A stretch of DNA of 64,000 nt from Candidatus Nanopelagicales bacterium (GCA_028687755.1 JAQTZL010000003.1:144712-208711), one strand, 5' to 3'. Positions 43,321 through 54,433 are shown, numbered from the stretch's first letter. Numbers and translations are program-made. The notes: generated by a model from the letters alone, not told the origin.

Positions 43321-45162
43321 ATGTGCGGGATCGTGGGATATGTCGGGCAAAAGCAGGCTCTGGAGATCGTCGTGGCTGGCCTGCGCCGGCTGGAATATCG
43401 CGGCTATGACTCTGCGGGAGTAGCAGTGCTGGCTGATGGCGCTCTTGATACCCGTAAGAAGGCCGGCAAGTTGGTCAATCTGGAAACCCTGTTGGGCGAA
43501 GACCCACTTCCTGACTCCACCACCGGCATCGGCCATACCCGTTGGGCTACCCACGGCGGCCCAACCGATCGCAATGCTCATCCGCATGTCAGCGAAGATG
43601 GATCGGTCGCGATCATCCACAACGGCATCATTGAGAACTTCACCGAACTTCGTGAAGAACTCACAAATGCGGGCGTGAAACTTTCTTCTGATACTGACTC
43701 TGAAGTCGTTGCGCATTTGCTCGCACGTGTGTTGCCAAGTGCAGGCGATCTCACGGTTGCCATGCGTGAAGTCTGTAAAGAGCTTGAAGGCGCCTTCACT
43801 CTCGTTGCTGTTTCTCCGCTCTATCCAGATGTTGTTGTTGGAGCTCGCCGTAATTCACCGCTGGTTGTTGGTGTTGGCGATGGTGAAAACTTCCTTGCTT
43901 CCGACGTTGCCGCTTTCGTTGATCACACGCGCAATGCGCTGGAGCTTGGTCAGGACCAAATCGTCACCCTGACACCTGATGGCGTAACGGTCACCGACTT
44001 CTTCGGCGAGATTGCACCTGTTCGACCATTCACGGTTGATTGGGATGCGTCTGCCGCGGAAAAAGGTGGCTACGACCTGTTCATGTTGAAGGAAATCGCT
44101 GAACAGCCGAAGGCTGTTGCTGATTCGCTTCGCGGTCGCATGACCAAAGAAGGTCGTCTACAACTTGATGAAATGAGTGTGTCTGACGAAGATCTTCGCG
44201 GCATCGACAAGGTTGTCGTGGTCGCCTGTGGCACCGCGTATCACGCAGGCCTCGTTGCGAAATACGCAGTTGAACACTGGACTCGCATTCCCGTTGAAGT
44301 GGAGGTGGCAAGCGAGTTCCGTTACCGCGATCCAATCGTTGGTCCAGGAACTCTTGTGATTGCGATCTCGCAATCAGGTGAAACCATGGACACGCTCATG
44401 GCTTTGCGGCATGCGGCAGAACAGGGCGCTCGAACACTTGCGATTTGTAACACAGTTGGTTCAACGATTCCACGTGAATGTGATGGTGTGCTGTACACCT
44501 ACGCAGGCCCAGAAATTGCGGTTGCTTCGACTAAGGCTTTCCTTACTCAGATCATCGCCGCGTATCTCATTGGGCTGTATTTGGCTCAGGTCCGTGGGGC
44601 GATGAGCAGTGATGAGATTCGCACAATTCTTGCCGAGCTCGACAACATGCCACAAGCAGTTGACCTAGTGCTCGACACAGTTGAACCAGTTCGCGCAATC
44701 GCTCGCGAACTTGCCGATGCAAAGTCAGTGCTCTTCATTGGCCGCCATGTGGGCTTCCCTGTTGCACTTGAAGGTGCATTGAAACTCAAAGAACTTGCCT
44801 ATATGCATGCAGAAGGTTTCGCTGCAGGTGAGTTGAAGCATGGTCCGATTGCTCTCATTGAAGACGGCGTGCCGGTTGTGGTGATCGTGCCTTCGCCAAG
44901 TCACTTCCTGCATGACAAGGTCATCTCCGCAATTCAAGAGGTGCGTGCGCGTGGTGCGCATATCGTGGCGATTGCTGAAGAAGGCGACGAGAAGATTGTC
45001 GCGTTTAGTGATCACATCATTCGTGTTCCGGTAGTCCCGCCATTAATGCAGCCATTGGTCTCCACCGTGCCACTTCAAGTATTCGCGTGTGAGATGGCAA
45101 CAGCTAAGGGTCATGACGTTGACCAGCCACGTAACTTGGCTAAGTCCGTCACTGTGGAATAA
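43321..45162 (+). CDS. glmS: Glutamine--fructose-6-phosphate transaminase
   Basis: MCGIVGY N-terminal catalytic Cys, GHTRWATHG, SQSGET, DQPRNLAKSVTVE. Confidence 0.99.
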   Translation: MCGIVGYVGQKQALEIVVAGLRRLEYRGYDSAGVAVLADGALDTRKKAGKLVNLETLLGEDPLPDSTTGIGHTRWATHGGPTDRNAHPHVSEDGSVAIIHNGIIENFTELREELTNAGVKLSSDTDSEVVAHLLARVLPSAGDLTVAMREVCKELEGAFTLVAVSPLYPDVVVGARRNSPLVVGVGDGENFLASDVAAFVDHTRNALELGQDQIVTLTPDGVTVTDFFGEIAPVRPFTVDWDASAAEKGGYDLFMLKEIAEQPKAVADSLRGRMTKEGRLQLDEMSVSDEDLRGIDKVVVVACGTAYHAGLVAKYAVEHWTRIPVEVEVASEFRYRDPIVGPGTLVIAISQSGETMDTLMALRHAAEQGARTLAICNTVGSTIPRECDGVLYTYAGPEIAVASTKAFLTQIIAAYLIGLYLAQVRGAMSSDEIRTILAELDNMPQAVDLVLDTVEPVRAIARELADAKSVLFIGRHVGFPVALEGALKLKELAYMHAEGFAAGELKHGPIALIEDGVPVVVIVPSPSHFLHDKVISAIQEVRARGAHIVAIAEEGDEKIVAFSDHIIRVPVVPPLMQPLVSTVPLQVFACEMATAKGHDVDQPRNLAKSVTVE

Positions 45163-45164
45163 CC

Positions 45165-46679
45165 ATGATTACCCTGCACGACGTCGCAGCCATTCGAGCA
45201 GCCGAACAGGTGCACGCCGAAGAGCTCGCAAGTGGCGCGTTAATGGATCGAGCAGCGCATGGCGTTTCTGCTGCCGTCATCGACCTCTTGCAACAAGTCT
45301 TCGGCCGTGTTGTTGGAGCACGTGTGGTGTTGCTCGTTGGATCGGGCTTTAACGGCGGAGATGCACTCTTTGCTGGCGCGAAATTACTGCGTCGCGGGGT
45401 GCGGGTCGTTGCGATCACTTCATCGTCAACATTTCATGAGGCTGGAGCGCAGGCTCTCGTTGCGGCAGGTGGGTTACTGCTGCCCTGGGATGAAGATGCA
45501 CAAAGCGAACTACAAAACGCAGATCTCGTTATTGACGGGCTTTTAGGAATTGGCGCAACAGGCGACCTGCGTGCACCGATGGATGAAATGGTTGCGGCCA
45601 CGCGCTCAATTCCTGGCCTCATTGTGTCTGTCGATGTACCTACTGGTGTTGATGCAGACACTGGTGCGATTGCAAACGAAGTCATCGATGCAGATCAAAC
45701 GGTGACCTTTGGTGGAGTGAAGCCAGGCTTACTCGTGAATCCAGGTAAAGAGTTCTCTGGGGGAGTGCGACTCGTCGATATCGGCGTCACTGATGCTCTT
45801 GAGGTGTGCGGTGGAATTCTTGATGCCAACGATGTTGCGATGTGGGTGCCTGAACCTGAAGTCAGCGATTACAAATACCGTCGCGGTGTTGTGGGCCTGC
45901 TCGCAGGTAGCGAGCAGTACCCAGGTGCCGCATTCCTGACCACGGCTGCGGCATCGTGTGCGGACATTGGCATGGTGGAGTACTTCGATCGCGGCGATGG
46001 TTTGGCTCGCGATGTAGTCCTCGCCCATCCTCCTGTTGTCACCACCATTGCAGACCCAGCATCAAACTCACGGGTACGCGCATGGGTGGTAGGCCCAGGA
46101 TTTAGTGGTGCACCACATGACGATGAAGCGATCTTTGCAGTGTTGCGATGCTCAACACCCGTAGTGCTGGATGCAGGAGCGCTCACTGCGATAGCTAACA
46201 ACGATGAATTACGAGCGGCAGTGATCGATCGCAATTTCCCGACCATCATCACTCCGCATGAGGGGGAATTCGCACGGTTGAGTGATGCTGATCTTGAAGT
46301 CAATCGTTTGGGTGCAGCTTATGAATGTGCGCGAGACCTGAATGCGATTGTGGTGCTCAAGGGTTCAGGCACAATCGTGGTGAGCCCTGACGGAATTCTA
46401 TTTATCGATGTTCTTGGTACACCTGCGCTTGCAACCGCGGGTAGTGGCGATGTGTTGAGTGGTCTCCTGGGCGCTTTGCTAGCTGGGGCCGTGGCGCGTA
46501 CTGACGAAGACATTGATGACACCACTGCCGCTGAGGTCGCAGCTGCTGCGGTGTGGCTGCACAGTGAGGCAGGGCGTTTGGCTTCGGTGGGCGGGCTGCC
46601 GGTAACAGCTACGCACATTCTTGGGGCGCTACCGGCGGCTGTTGCTGCAGTTCGGCGACCGGGGAGAATGGGTTCATGA
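45165..46679 (+). CDS. nnr: Bifunctional NAD(P)HX epimerase/dehydratase (YjeF/Nnr)
   Basis: G.G.NGGD, DGLLGIG, VDVPTG, TPH.GE, LATAGSGDVL.G. Confidence 0.93.
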   Translation: MITLHDVAAIRAAEQVHAEELASGALMDRAAHGVSAAVIDLLQQVFGRVVGARVVLLVGSGFNGGDALFAGAKLLRRGVRVVAITSSSTFHEAGAQALVAAGGLLLPWDEDAQSELQNADLVIDGLLGIGATGDLRAPMDEMVAATRSIPGLIVSVDVPTGVDADTGAIANEVIDADQTVTFGGVKPGLLVNPGKEFSGGVRLVDIGVTDALEVCGGILDANDVAMWVPEPEVSDYKYRRGVVGLLAGSEQYPGAAFLTTAAASCADIGMVEYFDRGDGLARDVVLAHPPVVTTIADPASNSRVRAWVVGPGFSGAPHDDEAIFAVLRCSTPVVLDAGALTAIANNDELRAAVIDRNFPTIITPHEGEFARLSDADLEVNRLGAAYECARDLNAIVVLKGSGTIVVSPDGILFIDVLGTPALATAGSGDVLSGLLGALLAGAVARTDEDIDDTTAAEVAAAAVWLHSEAGRLASVGGLPVTATHILGALPAAVAAVRRPGRMGS

Positions 46680-47806
46680 CCAGAGCACGGGCAGTTATTG
46701 ACCTGAGCGCCGTTGGTCACAATCTCGCGCTCATTCGTAAGGCCGCTCCTCATTCGCAGGTGTTGGCAGTGGTGAAAGCTGATGCCTACGGCCACGGTCT
46801 GGTTCAGGTGGCGCAAGCTGCTCGAGCAGCAGAAGCTGAGTATCTCGGTGTTGCTCTGCTTCGTGAAGCCATTGAGTTGCGCGAATCGGGTGATGAAGGC
46901 CCGGTGTTGGCGTGGTTGTGGACACCAGGGGACCCAGATTTAGTTGAATGTCTCAAACGCAATGTTCAGATTTCTGTTTCATCAATGTGGTCACTGATTG
47001 AAGTGACAGAAGCAGCTGCGCACGCTAACGCTGTTGCGCGAATTCACTTGAAGCTTGACACTGGTCTTTCGCGTAACGGTGCTGACTTGTCGGAATGGGA
47101 TGAACTAGTGATCGCCGCGAGAGCGCTGCAATCACGTGGGCGCATAGAAGTCGTTGGTATTTGGTCACACCTTGCCAATGCCGGTTACGAAAACGATCCG
47201 TCTGTGGCGCAGCAGCGTGAGCGTTTCCTTCAGGGGGTGGCAATAGCCAAGACTGAAGGACTTGAGCCGCAGTTACTTCATCTGGCAAACAGTGGTGGTG
47301 CGCTGGCCTACCCTGATACTCAATTCGACATGGTGCGTATCGGCATCGCAATGTATGGCGTTTCCCCACTTGATCCAGCCAGTGCGCAGCGGTTTGATCT
47401 CAAGGCTGTGATGACTTTGCATGCCAAGTTGGCGCATGTGAAAACCATCCCTGCTGGTCAATCAGTTTCCTATGGCGGAACCTGGACTGCAACGCAGCCA
47501 ACTCGCATCGGGCTGGTGCCTGTGGGTTATGCCGATGGCATTCCACGGTCGGCTCAGAACGCATACGTGATGGTCAATGGCGTGCAATGTGATGTTCTTG
47601 GTCGAGTAGCGATGGATCAGTTTGTGATCGCATTGCCCGATGCGGTGGGAGATATTGCCGCGGGTGATGATGTCGTGATTTTCGGTGACGCTCACACGGG
47701 AGCGCCAACGGCTGATGACTGGGGTAGCGCCAGTAACACGATCGGCTATGAAATTGTCACACGCATCGGATCACGAATCCCGCGCGATTACCAAGGTCAA
47801 GCATGA
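46676..47806 (+). CDS. alr: Alanine racemase
   Basis: AVVKADAYGHG PLP-Lys motif, GYADG, GRVAMDQ. Confidence 0.98.
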   Translation: MTRARAVIDLSAVGHNLALIRKAAPHSQVLAVVKADAYGHGLVQVAQAARAAEAEYLGVALLREAIELRESGDEGPVLAWLWTPGDPDLVECLKRNVQISVSSMWSLIEVTEAAAHANAVARIHLKLDTGLSRNGADLSEWDELVIAARALQSRGRIEVVGIWSHLANAGYENDPSVAQQRERFLQGVAIAKTEGLEPQLLHLANSGGALAYPDTQFDMVRIGIAMYGVSPLDPASAQRFDLKAVMTLHAKLAHVKTIPAGQSVSYGGTWTATQPTRIGLVPVGYADGIPRSAQNAYVMVNGVQCDVLGRVAMDQFVIALPDAVGDIAAGDDVVIFGDAHTGAPTADDWGSASNTIGYEIVTRIGSRIPRDYQGQA

Positions 47807-48897
47807 GCCCCAGTGTTCCGGGTGTTTTAAAAATCGCTGGCGGTAGTTTGATTGCTGTAGGAACTGTCGCAGCAGGAGCTGCAATTGGCTTAGCGGTGCA
47901 GCGTCGTGTGGTTGCTCGAACTATGCATTCAGACGCTGATTGGTTCTTGCCCACCTTTACGCCGCAGGTTCATGAGTTCACTACCGGTGATGGAACCACA
48001 CTGCATGTTGAAATTGATGGACTCACAGGAGATAAAAACCCACTGACGGTGATTCTGTGTCATGGGTACGCGCTGAGTTCAGCGTCGCTGGTGTTTCAAC
48101 GCGCAGTGCTTGAGGATCGCGCTCGAGTAATTTCCTATGACCAACGCAGTCATGGAAAGTCAGGCAGTTCGCAGGTTGCTTTTGACACCGTTGATCAGTT
48201 AGGTCAAGACCTGAGTGAACTCATTGATGCCTTTGCACCACAAGGCCCGTTGATGTTGATTGGTCACTCTATGGGCGGCATGACCATCATGGCCTTAGCT
48301 GAACAGCGCCCCGAACTCTTTCGCGAACGAATCAAGGCGATTACCTTTATTGCAACAACGGCAGGCGGACTCACGGAAGTGACGTTTGGTATGCCTGCAG
48401 TGATGCGCTCACTGGTGCATCGAGCAGCACCAGTGATGGCATCGGCTCTGGCAAAAACAAAAGGCATTGTTGAAGTGAGTCGCCGTGCAGGTGGCGATAT
48501 TTCCGAAATGATTTTCCGCGCATATTCATTTGGGTCGCGACCCTCTAAAGAAGCCAGCGCATTTGTCGCTGGGATGATCGATGACACACCAATAGATGTA
48601 CTCGCCGAGTTCTTGCCAGCGTTACAAGAACACGATAAGTATGGGGTGCTACCTCAGTTTGCCAAGTGCGATGTGCTGGTTGTCGTCGGCGATGCTGACC
48701 GACTCACGCCTGTGGTGTTCAGCGAACGATTAGCTTCGGGAATTCAAGGATCCACACTCGCAGTCATTCATGATGGCGGTCATATGGTGGGAATTGAGCA
48801 CCACGATGAAGTCAATCAAGTGCTCCTTGAACAGTTGCAGCGAGTGGAAGCAAGTCTTGGCAAGCAGTCACCTAAGGCAGCATCACTGTGGTCGTAG
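47803..48897 (+). CDS. Alpha/beta hydrolase with N-terminal membrane anchor
   Basis: HGY oxyanion motif, GHSMGG nucleophile, GD.D.LTP, GHM. Confidence 0.9.
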   Translation: MSPSVPGVLKIAGGSLIAVGTVAAGAAIGLAVQRRVVARTMHSDADWFLPTFTPQVHEFTTGDGTTLHVEIDGLTGDKNPLTVILCHGYALSSASLVFQRAVLEDRARVISYDQRSHGKSGSSQVAFDTVDQLGQDLSELIDAFAPQGPLMLIGHSMGGMTIMALAEQRPELFRERIKAITFIATTAGGLTEVTFGMPAVMRSLVHRAAPVMASALAKTKGIVEVSRRAGGDISEMIFRAYSFGSRPSKEASAFVAGMIDDTPIDVLAEFLPALQEHDKYGVLPQFAKCDVLVVVGDADRLTPVVFSERLASGIQGSTLAVIHDGGHMVGIEHHDEVNQVLLEQLQRVEASLGKQSPKAASLWS

Positions 48898-49352
48898 TTG
48901 AAACGCGCGAACGGATGCACGAGTTAGGTGTGCATGTTGCGCGACACCTCTTGCCAGGTGATCTCGTGGTGCTGGTTGGAGATCTGGGTGCGGGTAAGAC
49001 CACGTTCACTCAAGGGTTAGGCCTTGGCTTGGGCATTTCCGATTCGATTACCAGCCCCACCTTTGTGATCGCCCGCGCTCATTTGGATGGCACCCATCCG
49101 CTTGTTCATGTTGATGCCTATCGATTGGGATCCACAGTCGAACTTGATGAGCTTGATCTTGATGCTGACATCAATACCAGCATCACCGTGGTCGAGTGGG
49201 GTGAAGGAAAGGTTGAACAGCTCGCTGATGATCGTTTAACCATTGCTATTACGCGATCAGATGATGATGATGACACGCGAACAGTCGACTTCACCGGTGT
49301 TGGCCACCGCTGGAATATGGAAGCACTCAATGAGCTGAGCGCACCATGGTGA
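48888..49352 (+). CDS. tsaE: t6A biosynthesis ATPase TsaE
   Basis: GDLGAGKTT, SPTF, H.DAYRL, VEW. Confidence 0.98.
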   Translation: MVVVETRERMHELGVHVARHLLPGDLVVLVGDLGAGKTTFTQGLGLGLGISDSITSPTFVIARAHLDGTHPLVHVDAYRLGSTVELDELDLDADINTSITVVEWGEGKVEQLADDRLTIAITRSDDDDDTRTVDFTGVGHRWNMEALNELSAPW

Positions 49353-50062
49353 TGCTGGCAATAGATACGTCTTCTCCAGCAACTTCAGTTGCGGTGCTGG
49401 ATGGTGACCTGCTTCTGGCTCATGATGTGCACGTTGATGCGCGACATCATGCTGAAGTGCTCGCAGTGATGGTGCACAAGGCACTGCAGGTTTCGGGTTC
49501 GCCAGCGGTGACCACCATCGCCGTAGGAGTTGGCCCAGGGGCCTACACAGGTTTACGCGTTGGCGTGAGTTCAGCCCAGGCGTATGGCTTGGTCTGGGAA
49601 GTTCCCGTGATTGGTGTGTGTTCACTGGATGCGATGGCGCTAGCAGCCTCTGATGCGGTTGATCAATCCTTTGCGTGTGCAATCGATGCTCGCCGCAAAG
49701 AGGTCTACTGGGCGCAATATGACGCTGAAGGTGTGCGCATTTCTGGACCGCATGTGCAACGGCCAAGTGAAATAGCCGCTGAGGTTCGATCACTTCCATG
49801 GTTCGGTGATGTCGCTCTCGAGCATTTGGAAGCTCTCCACGGGGAATTGGCAGACACTGTTGCGTATCCCGATGCGCGCGATATTGGACGATTTGCCTTG
49901 CATCACTTGCAAGCTGGCAATGTCGTGAGTGAAGCACGTGCCGAGCTTTCAACGCACGGGCACGACGACGGCGCAACCGCTCTTGCCTTGCAAGGGCAGC
50001 ATCTCCTAGCGCCATATCCGCTCTATGTTCGGCGCCCTGATGCAGTGGAGCCAACCAAATGA
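49346..50062 (+). CDS. tsaB: t6A biosynthesis protein TsaB
   Basis: LAIDTS, GVGPGAYTGLRVG, DARRKEVYW. Confidence 0.97.
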   Translation: MVMLAIDTSSPATSVAVLDGDLLLAHDVHVDARHHAEVLAVMVHKALQVSGSPAVTTIAVGVGPGAYTGLRVGVSSAQAYGLVWEVPVIGVCSLDAMALAASDAVDQSFACAIDARRKEVYWAQYDAEGVRISGPHVQRPSEIAAEVRSLPWFGDVALEHLEALHGELADTVAYPDARDIGRFALHHLQAGNVVSEARAELSTHGHDDGATALALQGQHLLAPYPLYVRRPDAVEPTK

Positions 50063-50508
50063 TTCTTGAACCAATGCGCTGGTGGCATATTGATGAAGTG
50101 CACGCCCTTGAGCAGCAACTCTTTCCCGTTGATGCTTGGAGCAAAGAGCAGTTCTGGTCTGAGTTAGCTCAACCAACGCGAACCTATGTTGTCGCGAAAG
50201 AAACCGAATCGATTCTTGGGTACTACGGGCTGTTTGCACTTGCGCCGCAGGCTGATGTCCAAACAATCGCGGTCAACCCGGTTGCTCAAGGCCGAGGACT
50301 AGGAGCACAGTTACTCAACGACTTGATATGTAATGCACAGAATCAAGGATGTGAACAACTCATGCTGGAAGTGCGCTCCGATAACTCAGCAGCGCTCGCG
50401 TTGTATGCACGCTTTGGATTTGAGTCACTCAATATTCGTAGCGATTATTACGCTCCTGGGGTAGACGCAATAGTCATGATCCAAAAGCCCTTGCGGATGG
50501 TGGCCTGA
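50059..50508 (+). CDS. rimI: Ribosomal-protein-alanine N-acetyltransferase
   Basis: IAV.P..QGRGLG, LEVR..N..A..LY..FGF, DYY..G.DA..M. Confidence 0.93.
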   Translation: MILEPMRWWHIDEVHALEQQLFPVDAWSKEQFWSELAQPTRTYVVAKETESILGYYGLFALAPQADVQTIAVNPVAQGRGLGAQLLNDLICNAQNQGCEQLMLEVRSDNSAALALYARFGFESLNIRSDYYAPGVDAIVMIQKPLRMVA

Positions 50509-51554
50509 TGAATGAGCCATTGATTCTTGGCATTGAAACAAGCTGTGATGAAACTGGCGTTGGCATTGTGCGGGGTTCAACGTTGCTTGCCGATGCAGTT
50601 GCATCAAGCGTGGAGCAGCATGCTCGATTTGGTGGCGTCGTTCCTGAGGTCGCTTCGCGTGCTCATGTGGAAGCCATGGTTCCCACAATTCAACTTGCGT
50701 GTAGTGATGCTGGAGTGAGCCTGCGCGATATTGATGCCATTGCTGTGACGGGCGGCCCTGGTCTGGTTGGTGCGCTACTCATTGGCACAGCAACGGCAAA
50801 AGCGTTAGCAAGCTCGTTGGGCATTCCGTTGTATGCAGTCAATCACCTTGCCGGTCATGTGGTTGTCGATGAACTCGAACACGGGCCACTACCTGAAACA
50901 GCGATCGGCATGTTGGTCTCAGGAGGTCATTCTTCTTTGCTGCTTGTCCGAGATGATGCTGAAAATGTGACCTCCCTTGGCGCGACAATTGACGATGCTG
51001 CGGGTGAAGCCTTCGACAAGATCGCAAGAATTCTCGGTCTGCCGTTCCCCGGCGGTCCATGGATTGATAAATCCGCTCGAGATGGTGATCGCGACGCAAT
51101 TGCCTTCCCGCGTGGGCTCACTGCGAGTAAAGATCTGATTGAACATCAATACGACTTTTCATTCAGTGGTCTCAAGACTGCTGTTGCTCGATGGATAGCG
51201 CAGCAGCAGAAAGCTGGCAATGCAATTTCGGTCCCCGACGTTGCGGCATCTTTCCAAGAAGCAGTGGTCGATGTGCTGACGAAGAAAGCTGTTGCTGCGT
51301 GCAAGGAATATGGAGTTGAACACCTCGTGATTGGGGGAGGTGTGGCAGCCAATAGTCGACTTCGTGTGCTGGCGCAGGAGCGCTGTGATGCTGCGGGTAT
51401 TGTTCTGCGGGTGCCAAGCCCAAAGTTGTGTACCGATAACGGCGCAATGGTGGCGGCTCTTGGCTCAAAGCTTGTTCGGCAAGGTGTGGCACCAACGCCC
51501 TTGGGTTTTCCAACGCTGTCGGTCATGCCTGTCTCAACCGTCGTGATGCACTAA
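50508..51554 (+). CDS. tsaD: t6A transferase TsaD
   Basis: [34 protein letters not shown]. Confidence 0.99.
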   Translation: MNEPLILGIETSCDETGVGIVRGSTLLADAVASSVEQHARFGGVVPEVASRAHVEAMVPTIQLACSDAGVSLRDIDAIAVTGGPGLVGALLIGTATAKALASSLGIPLYAVNHLAGHVVVDELEHGPLPETAIGMLVSGGHSSLLLVRDDAENVTSLGATIDDAAGEAFDKIARILGLPFPGGPWIDKSARDGDRDAIAFPRGLTASKDLIEHQYDFSFSGLKTAVARWIAQQQKAGNAISVPDVAASFQEAVVDVLTKKAVAACKEYGVEHLVIGGGVAANSRLRVLAQERCDAAGIVLRVPSPKLCTDNGAMVAALGSKLVRQGVAPTPLGFPTLSVMPVSTVVMH

Positions 51555-52766
51555 CACTGTTGTTCGCGCTCCTCGAGCAGTCGTGATCACTATCGTTCCC
51601 GGAGATCCGGTTGGGAGTTTCAATTCCTTGCGAAGGGCATCTGTATTGATGTTCATGCCTTTGCTTTTGATAGTGATGTCACCGACATTGAGATTGACCA
51701 GCGACTTTCGCAACGCTTTGATGTCGTTGGGCAAGGTGTGTAATACCTGATAGCGACGCACCATTGGGTGGGTGACGGGTTCATGGGAAGTCAGCCAATT
51801 GGAATCAGCATCAATGCGTTGAAGCCCACTGAGTGCGTGGCAGAAAACATCGAGTAGTTGAGCATTAACTAGGCAAACATCGGGTTCATAGAGGAACGTC
51901 AGTATTGGAGAAATTTCTGCACTTACGACTCCACTACCGCTGAAGTCAGTTACCTGCTCATCAATCAAGCGTGCGGTGCGCAATGGGCCATCACTCCACG
52001 AGAACACCATGGCTTCAACGCCATCGCGGTGCATAGAGGTCCAGATGCCTGACCACCCAGAGGGAAGAAGGGTGGGAGAAAAGCCCGGCGCAACTTTTGC
52101 ACAGACTCGTATTCCGCGCTGTGCAAGTGAAGTTACAAATGACCACGAAGGCGACCAGCGTTCTGGATCGCGCTCTGGATGTGCGCGTGAACCATCAAGA
52201 GTGCGTCGCCCGCTACGCCGTGCAGGGTCAACGAACACCACATCAGAAGACGACAGTTGTGGAAGTAATTCATCAATCAATGTGACGCTGTCACCTTCGA
52301 TGATCGTTGCTTCAGGAGCGTTCGCTCGTAGGTATGCAGCTGTTACTGGATCGCGTTCGATTGCGATGACATTGAGGCTCTGTTCAATGAATGCGCGTAC
52401 ATCAAACCCCAGACCAGCTGACATGTCGATCACAGTGTGAGCGCCAATGTTCTTTATGAGTTGCGCACGGAACGTTGCCACTTCTGGCCGAGTGCCTTGT
52501 TCGAGCCCGTCGCGCGTCAGTAAGAGGGCAGTGGCATCGATTCCATAGCGATCTGATGCCAGAGTAAACAGCGTTGCTTGGTCTAAAGCGGCCGCGATCT
52601 GATCAGCGGCAAGTTCGGGGTGAGCCTTGCGAAGTGCAGTGTTCGCAGCCAGTGGATCGGACAATTGTCCGGACAATAGTTGTATGGCTTTTGTCCGGAC
52701 ACGTTGTCCGTGCTCAGAAGTGATCCACACGCCGTCATCGTTCCACGCGTTCTGTCTGGCTTTCAA
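51534..52766 (-). CDS. Class I SAM-dependent methyltransferase with THUMP-like C-terminus
   Basis: [35 protein letters not shown]; usual actinobacterial neighbour of groES. Start uncertain. Confidence 0.85.
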   Translation of the reverse strand: MKARQNAWNDDGVWITSEHGQRVRTKAIQLLSGQLSDPLAANTALRKAHPELAADQIAAALDQATLFTLASDRYGIDATALLLTRDGLEQGTRPEVATFRAQLIKNIGAHTVIDMSAGLGFDVRAFIEQSLNVIAIERDPVTAAYLRANAPEATIIEGDSVTLIDELLPQLSSSDVVFVDPARRSGRRTLDGSRAHPERDPERWSPSWSFVTSLAQRGIRVCAKVAPGFSPTLLPSGWSGIWTSMHRDGVEAMVFSWSDGPLRTARLIDEQVTDFSGSGVVSAEISPILTFLYEPDVCLVNAQLLDVFCHALSGLQRIDADSNWLTSHEPVTHPMVRRYQVLHTLPNDIKALRKSLVNLNVGDITIKSKGMNINTDALRKELKLPTGSPGTIVITTARGARTTVLVHHDG

Positions 52767-52791
52767 CGGGCGGGGGTGGCAAACTTCGCAG

Positions 52792-54417
52792 GTGCCAATT
52801 GAAGAGACCCGCCTGGATGTAGTTTTCGGGCACCTTCATGAAGGTGTGCTGGTCGAAGATGAATCGCGACATGTGAAATTCGCGAACAAGGCCTTCACGG
52901 ACATTTTCATTCCGGGCTTAGATCCCGAACTCATGGTGGGTAGCGATTGCGATGCATCAGCAGTAGAAACAGCTGCAATGTTTAAAGAGTCACAACAATG
53001 GCTAACTGAAACGCGCGCAATTGTGGCCGGACAAACGTCGGTTAGTAATGACGAATGGGAAACCGTTGATGGTCGCTGGCTACAACGCGACTATCGCCCT
53101 CGAGTAAAAGACGGCCAAGTGTTCGAACATATTTGGTTGTATCGCGACGTTACGCGGCAGCATGTGCATTCAGATCCTGTCGGAGTTGATTCCTTTAGTT
53201 CTGAACGCACGGGGCTTCGTGACTGGGCTTCGGCGATTAAGCGACTTGGTGACCGCGCAGAATCCCTTGGCATCATCAATCAAGGCGCAATGGTGTTCGT
53301 CAAGGTGCTCGATGTTGATCAACTCAATGCCGAGTTTGGTTACGACGGAGGCGATCGCCTCATCACTTCAGTGCTGGAAGAGCTCCGAAGTGAGTTTGGC
53401 GAAGCAAATGTCGAACGCCTTAAAGGAACGGTTTTTGGAATCATCACAACCGAAACAGATCCGGCATTGTTAATTGAGCGAACGCGCAAGTTACTGGATC
53501 CGACTCGTCCGGTTGGCGATCACTTCGTTTCTTTACATACACAAATTGGTGTTGCCACAACTGAGACCGTCGGTGATTTTGAATCGGGTCGCGAGATGTT
53601 TGAAAGTGCGCGACTTGCAGTGCGCCAGGCCAAAATTCGCCACAGTGATCTAGTTCTCGATGCTGCGATGCGCAGTTATGCACGAGTGCGCACAGAGCTC
53701 ACAGCCCGCATTGATGAGATGTTGGCTGGAAATGAATTCTGCTTGTACTACCAGCCGATCGTCAGTCTGGATGATCAACGGGTGCTCGGTTTTGAAGCGC
53801 TTGTGCGATGGGTGCATCCCGATCGCGGTGTCATTCCAGCGTTCGAGTTCATAACCGCGGCCGAGGAAACAGGCGTGATCGCAAAAATTGACCGGTGGGT
53901 CATTCGCGAGGCCTGTCGTCAGGCAGCAGTACTGCTCACTGAGCCTGGGCAAACCGTTGCAGTAAATGTCAGTCAAAAAACTTCGCTTACTCAACACGAT
54001 TACATCGGTGCCGTGAAGTCAGCGCTTGCTGAGTACGCAGTTGATCCTGCTCAGATGGTCATCGAGGTCACCGAAACCGCGATTGCTCACGATCAAGGTG
54101 CCTTCCATGAACTCATCAGTGCATTAAGGGCGTTCGGCATCAAGATCAGCATTGATGACTTTGGTGCGGGCTCATCAACCTTGGCAATTCTTAAAGACAT
54201 CCCGTTTGACCGACTGAAGTTGGACCGATCTTTCACGGCGGATATCAGCGAGCCGCGGGCGCAGGAGCTCATTCGCGTAGGGGTAGCGATTGGGGAGATC
54301 TTCGGTGGCCAGGTGATCGCTGAGGGAGTGGAGACCCAAGAGCAGGCGGAACTCCTCCTGGACTGCGGAGTCGAGATTGGGCAGGGCTGGCATCTGGGCA
54401 TGCCGCAACCTCTCTGA
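52792..54417 (+). CDS. PAS / degenerate GGDEF / EAL c-di-GMP phosphodiesterase
   Basis: PAS-like N-terminus (EGVLVED...FAN.AF); GGDEF motif replaced by RLKGTVF; intact FEALVRW, VNVS, IEVTE, IDDFG, KLDRSF, AEGVET, QGW. GTG start at 52792. Confidence 0.9.
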   Translation: MPIEETRLDVVFGHLHEGVLVEDESRHVKFANKAFTDIFIPGLDPELMVGSDCDASAVETAAMFKESQQWLTETRAIVAGQTSVSNDEWETVDGRWLQRDYRPRVKDGQVFEHIWLYRDVTRQHVHSDPVGVDSFSSERTGLRDWASAIKRLGDRAESLGIINQGAMVFVKVLDVDQLNAEFGYDGGDRLITSVLEELRSEFGEANVERLKGTVFGIITTETDPALLIERTRKLLDPTRPVGDHFVSLHTQIGVATTETVGDFESGREMFESARLAVRQAKIRHSDLVLDAAMRSYARVRTELTARIDEMLAGNEFCLYYQPIVSLDDQRVLGFEALVRWVHPDRGVIPAFEFITAAEETGVIAKIDRWVIREACRQAAVLLTEPGQTVAVNVSQKTSLTQHDYIGAVKSALAEYAVDPAQMVIEVTETAIAHDQGAFHELISALRAFGIKISIDDFGAGSSTLAILKDIPFDRLKLDRSFTADISEPRAQELIRVGVAIGEIFGGQVIAEGVETQEQAELLLDCGVEIGQGWHLGMPQPL

Positions 54418-54433
54418 GAGCGAACACGGCATG

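Noticed and set aside
43282-43716. N-terminal extension of the DUF389 ORF, and the glmS extension from 43105
   Set aside because: Mutually overlapping extensions; GlmS needs Cys at position 2 (ATG 43321), which fixes both starts
49257-50144. 295-aa antisense ORF over tsaB/rimI
   Set aside because: Fully overlaps well-supported genes; no family features
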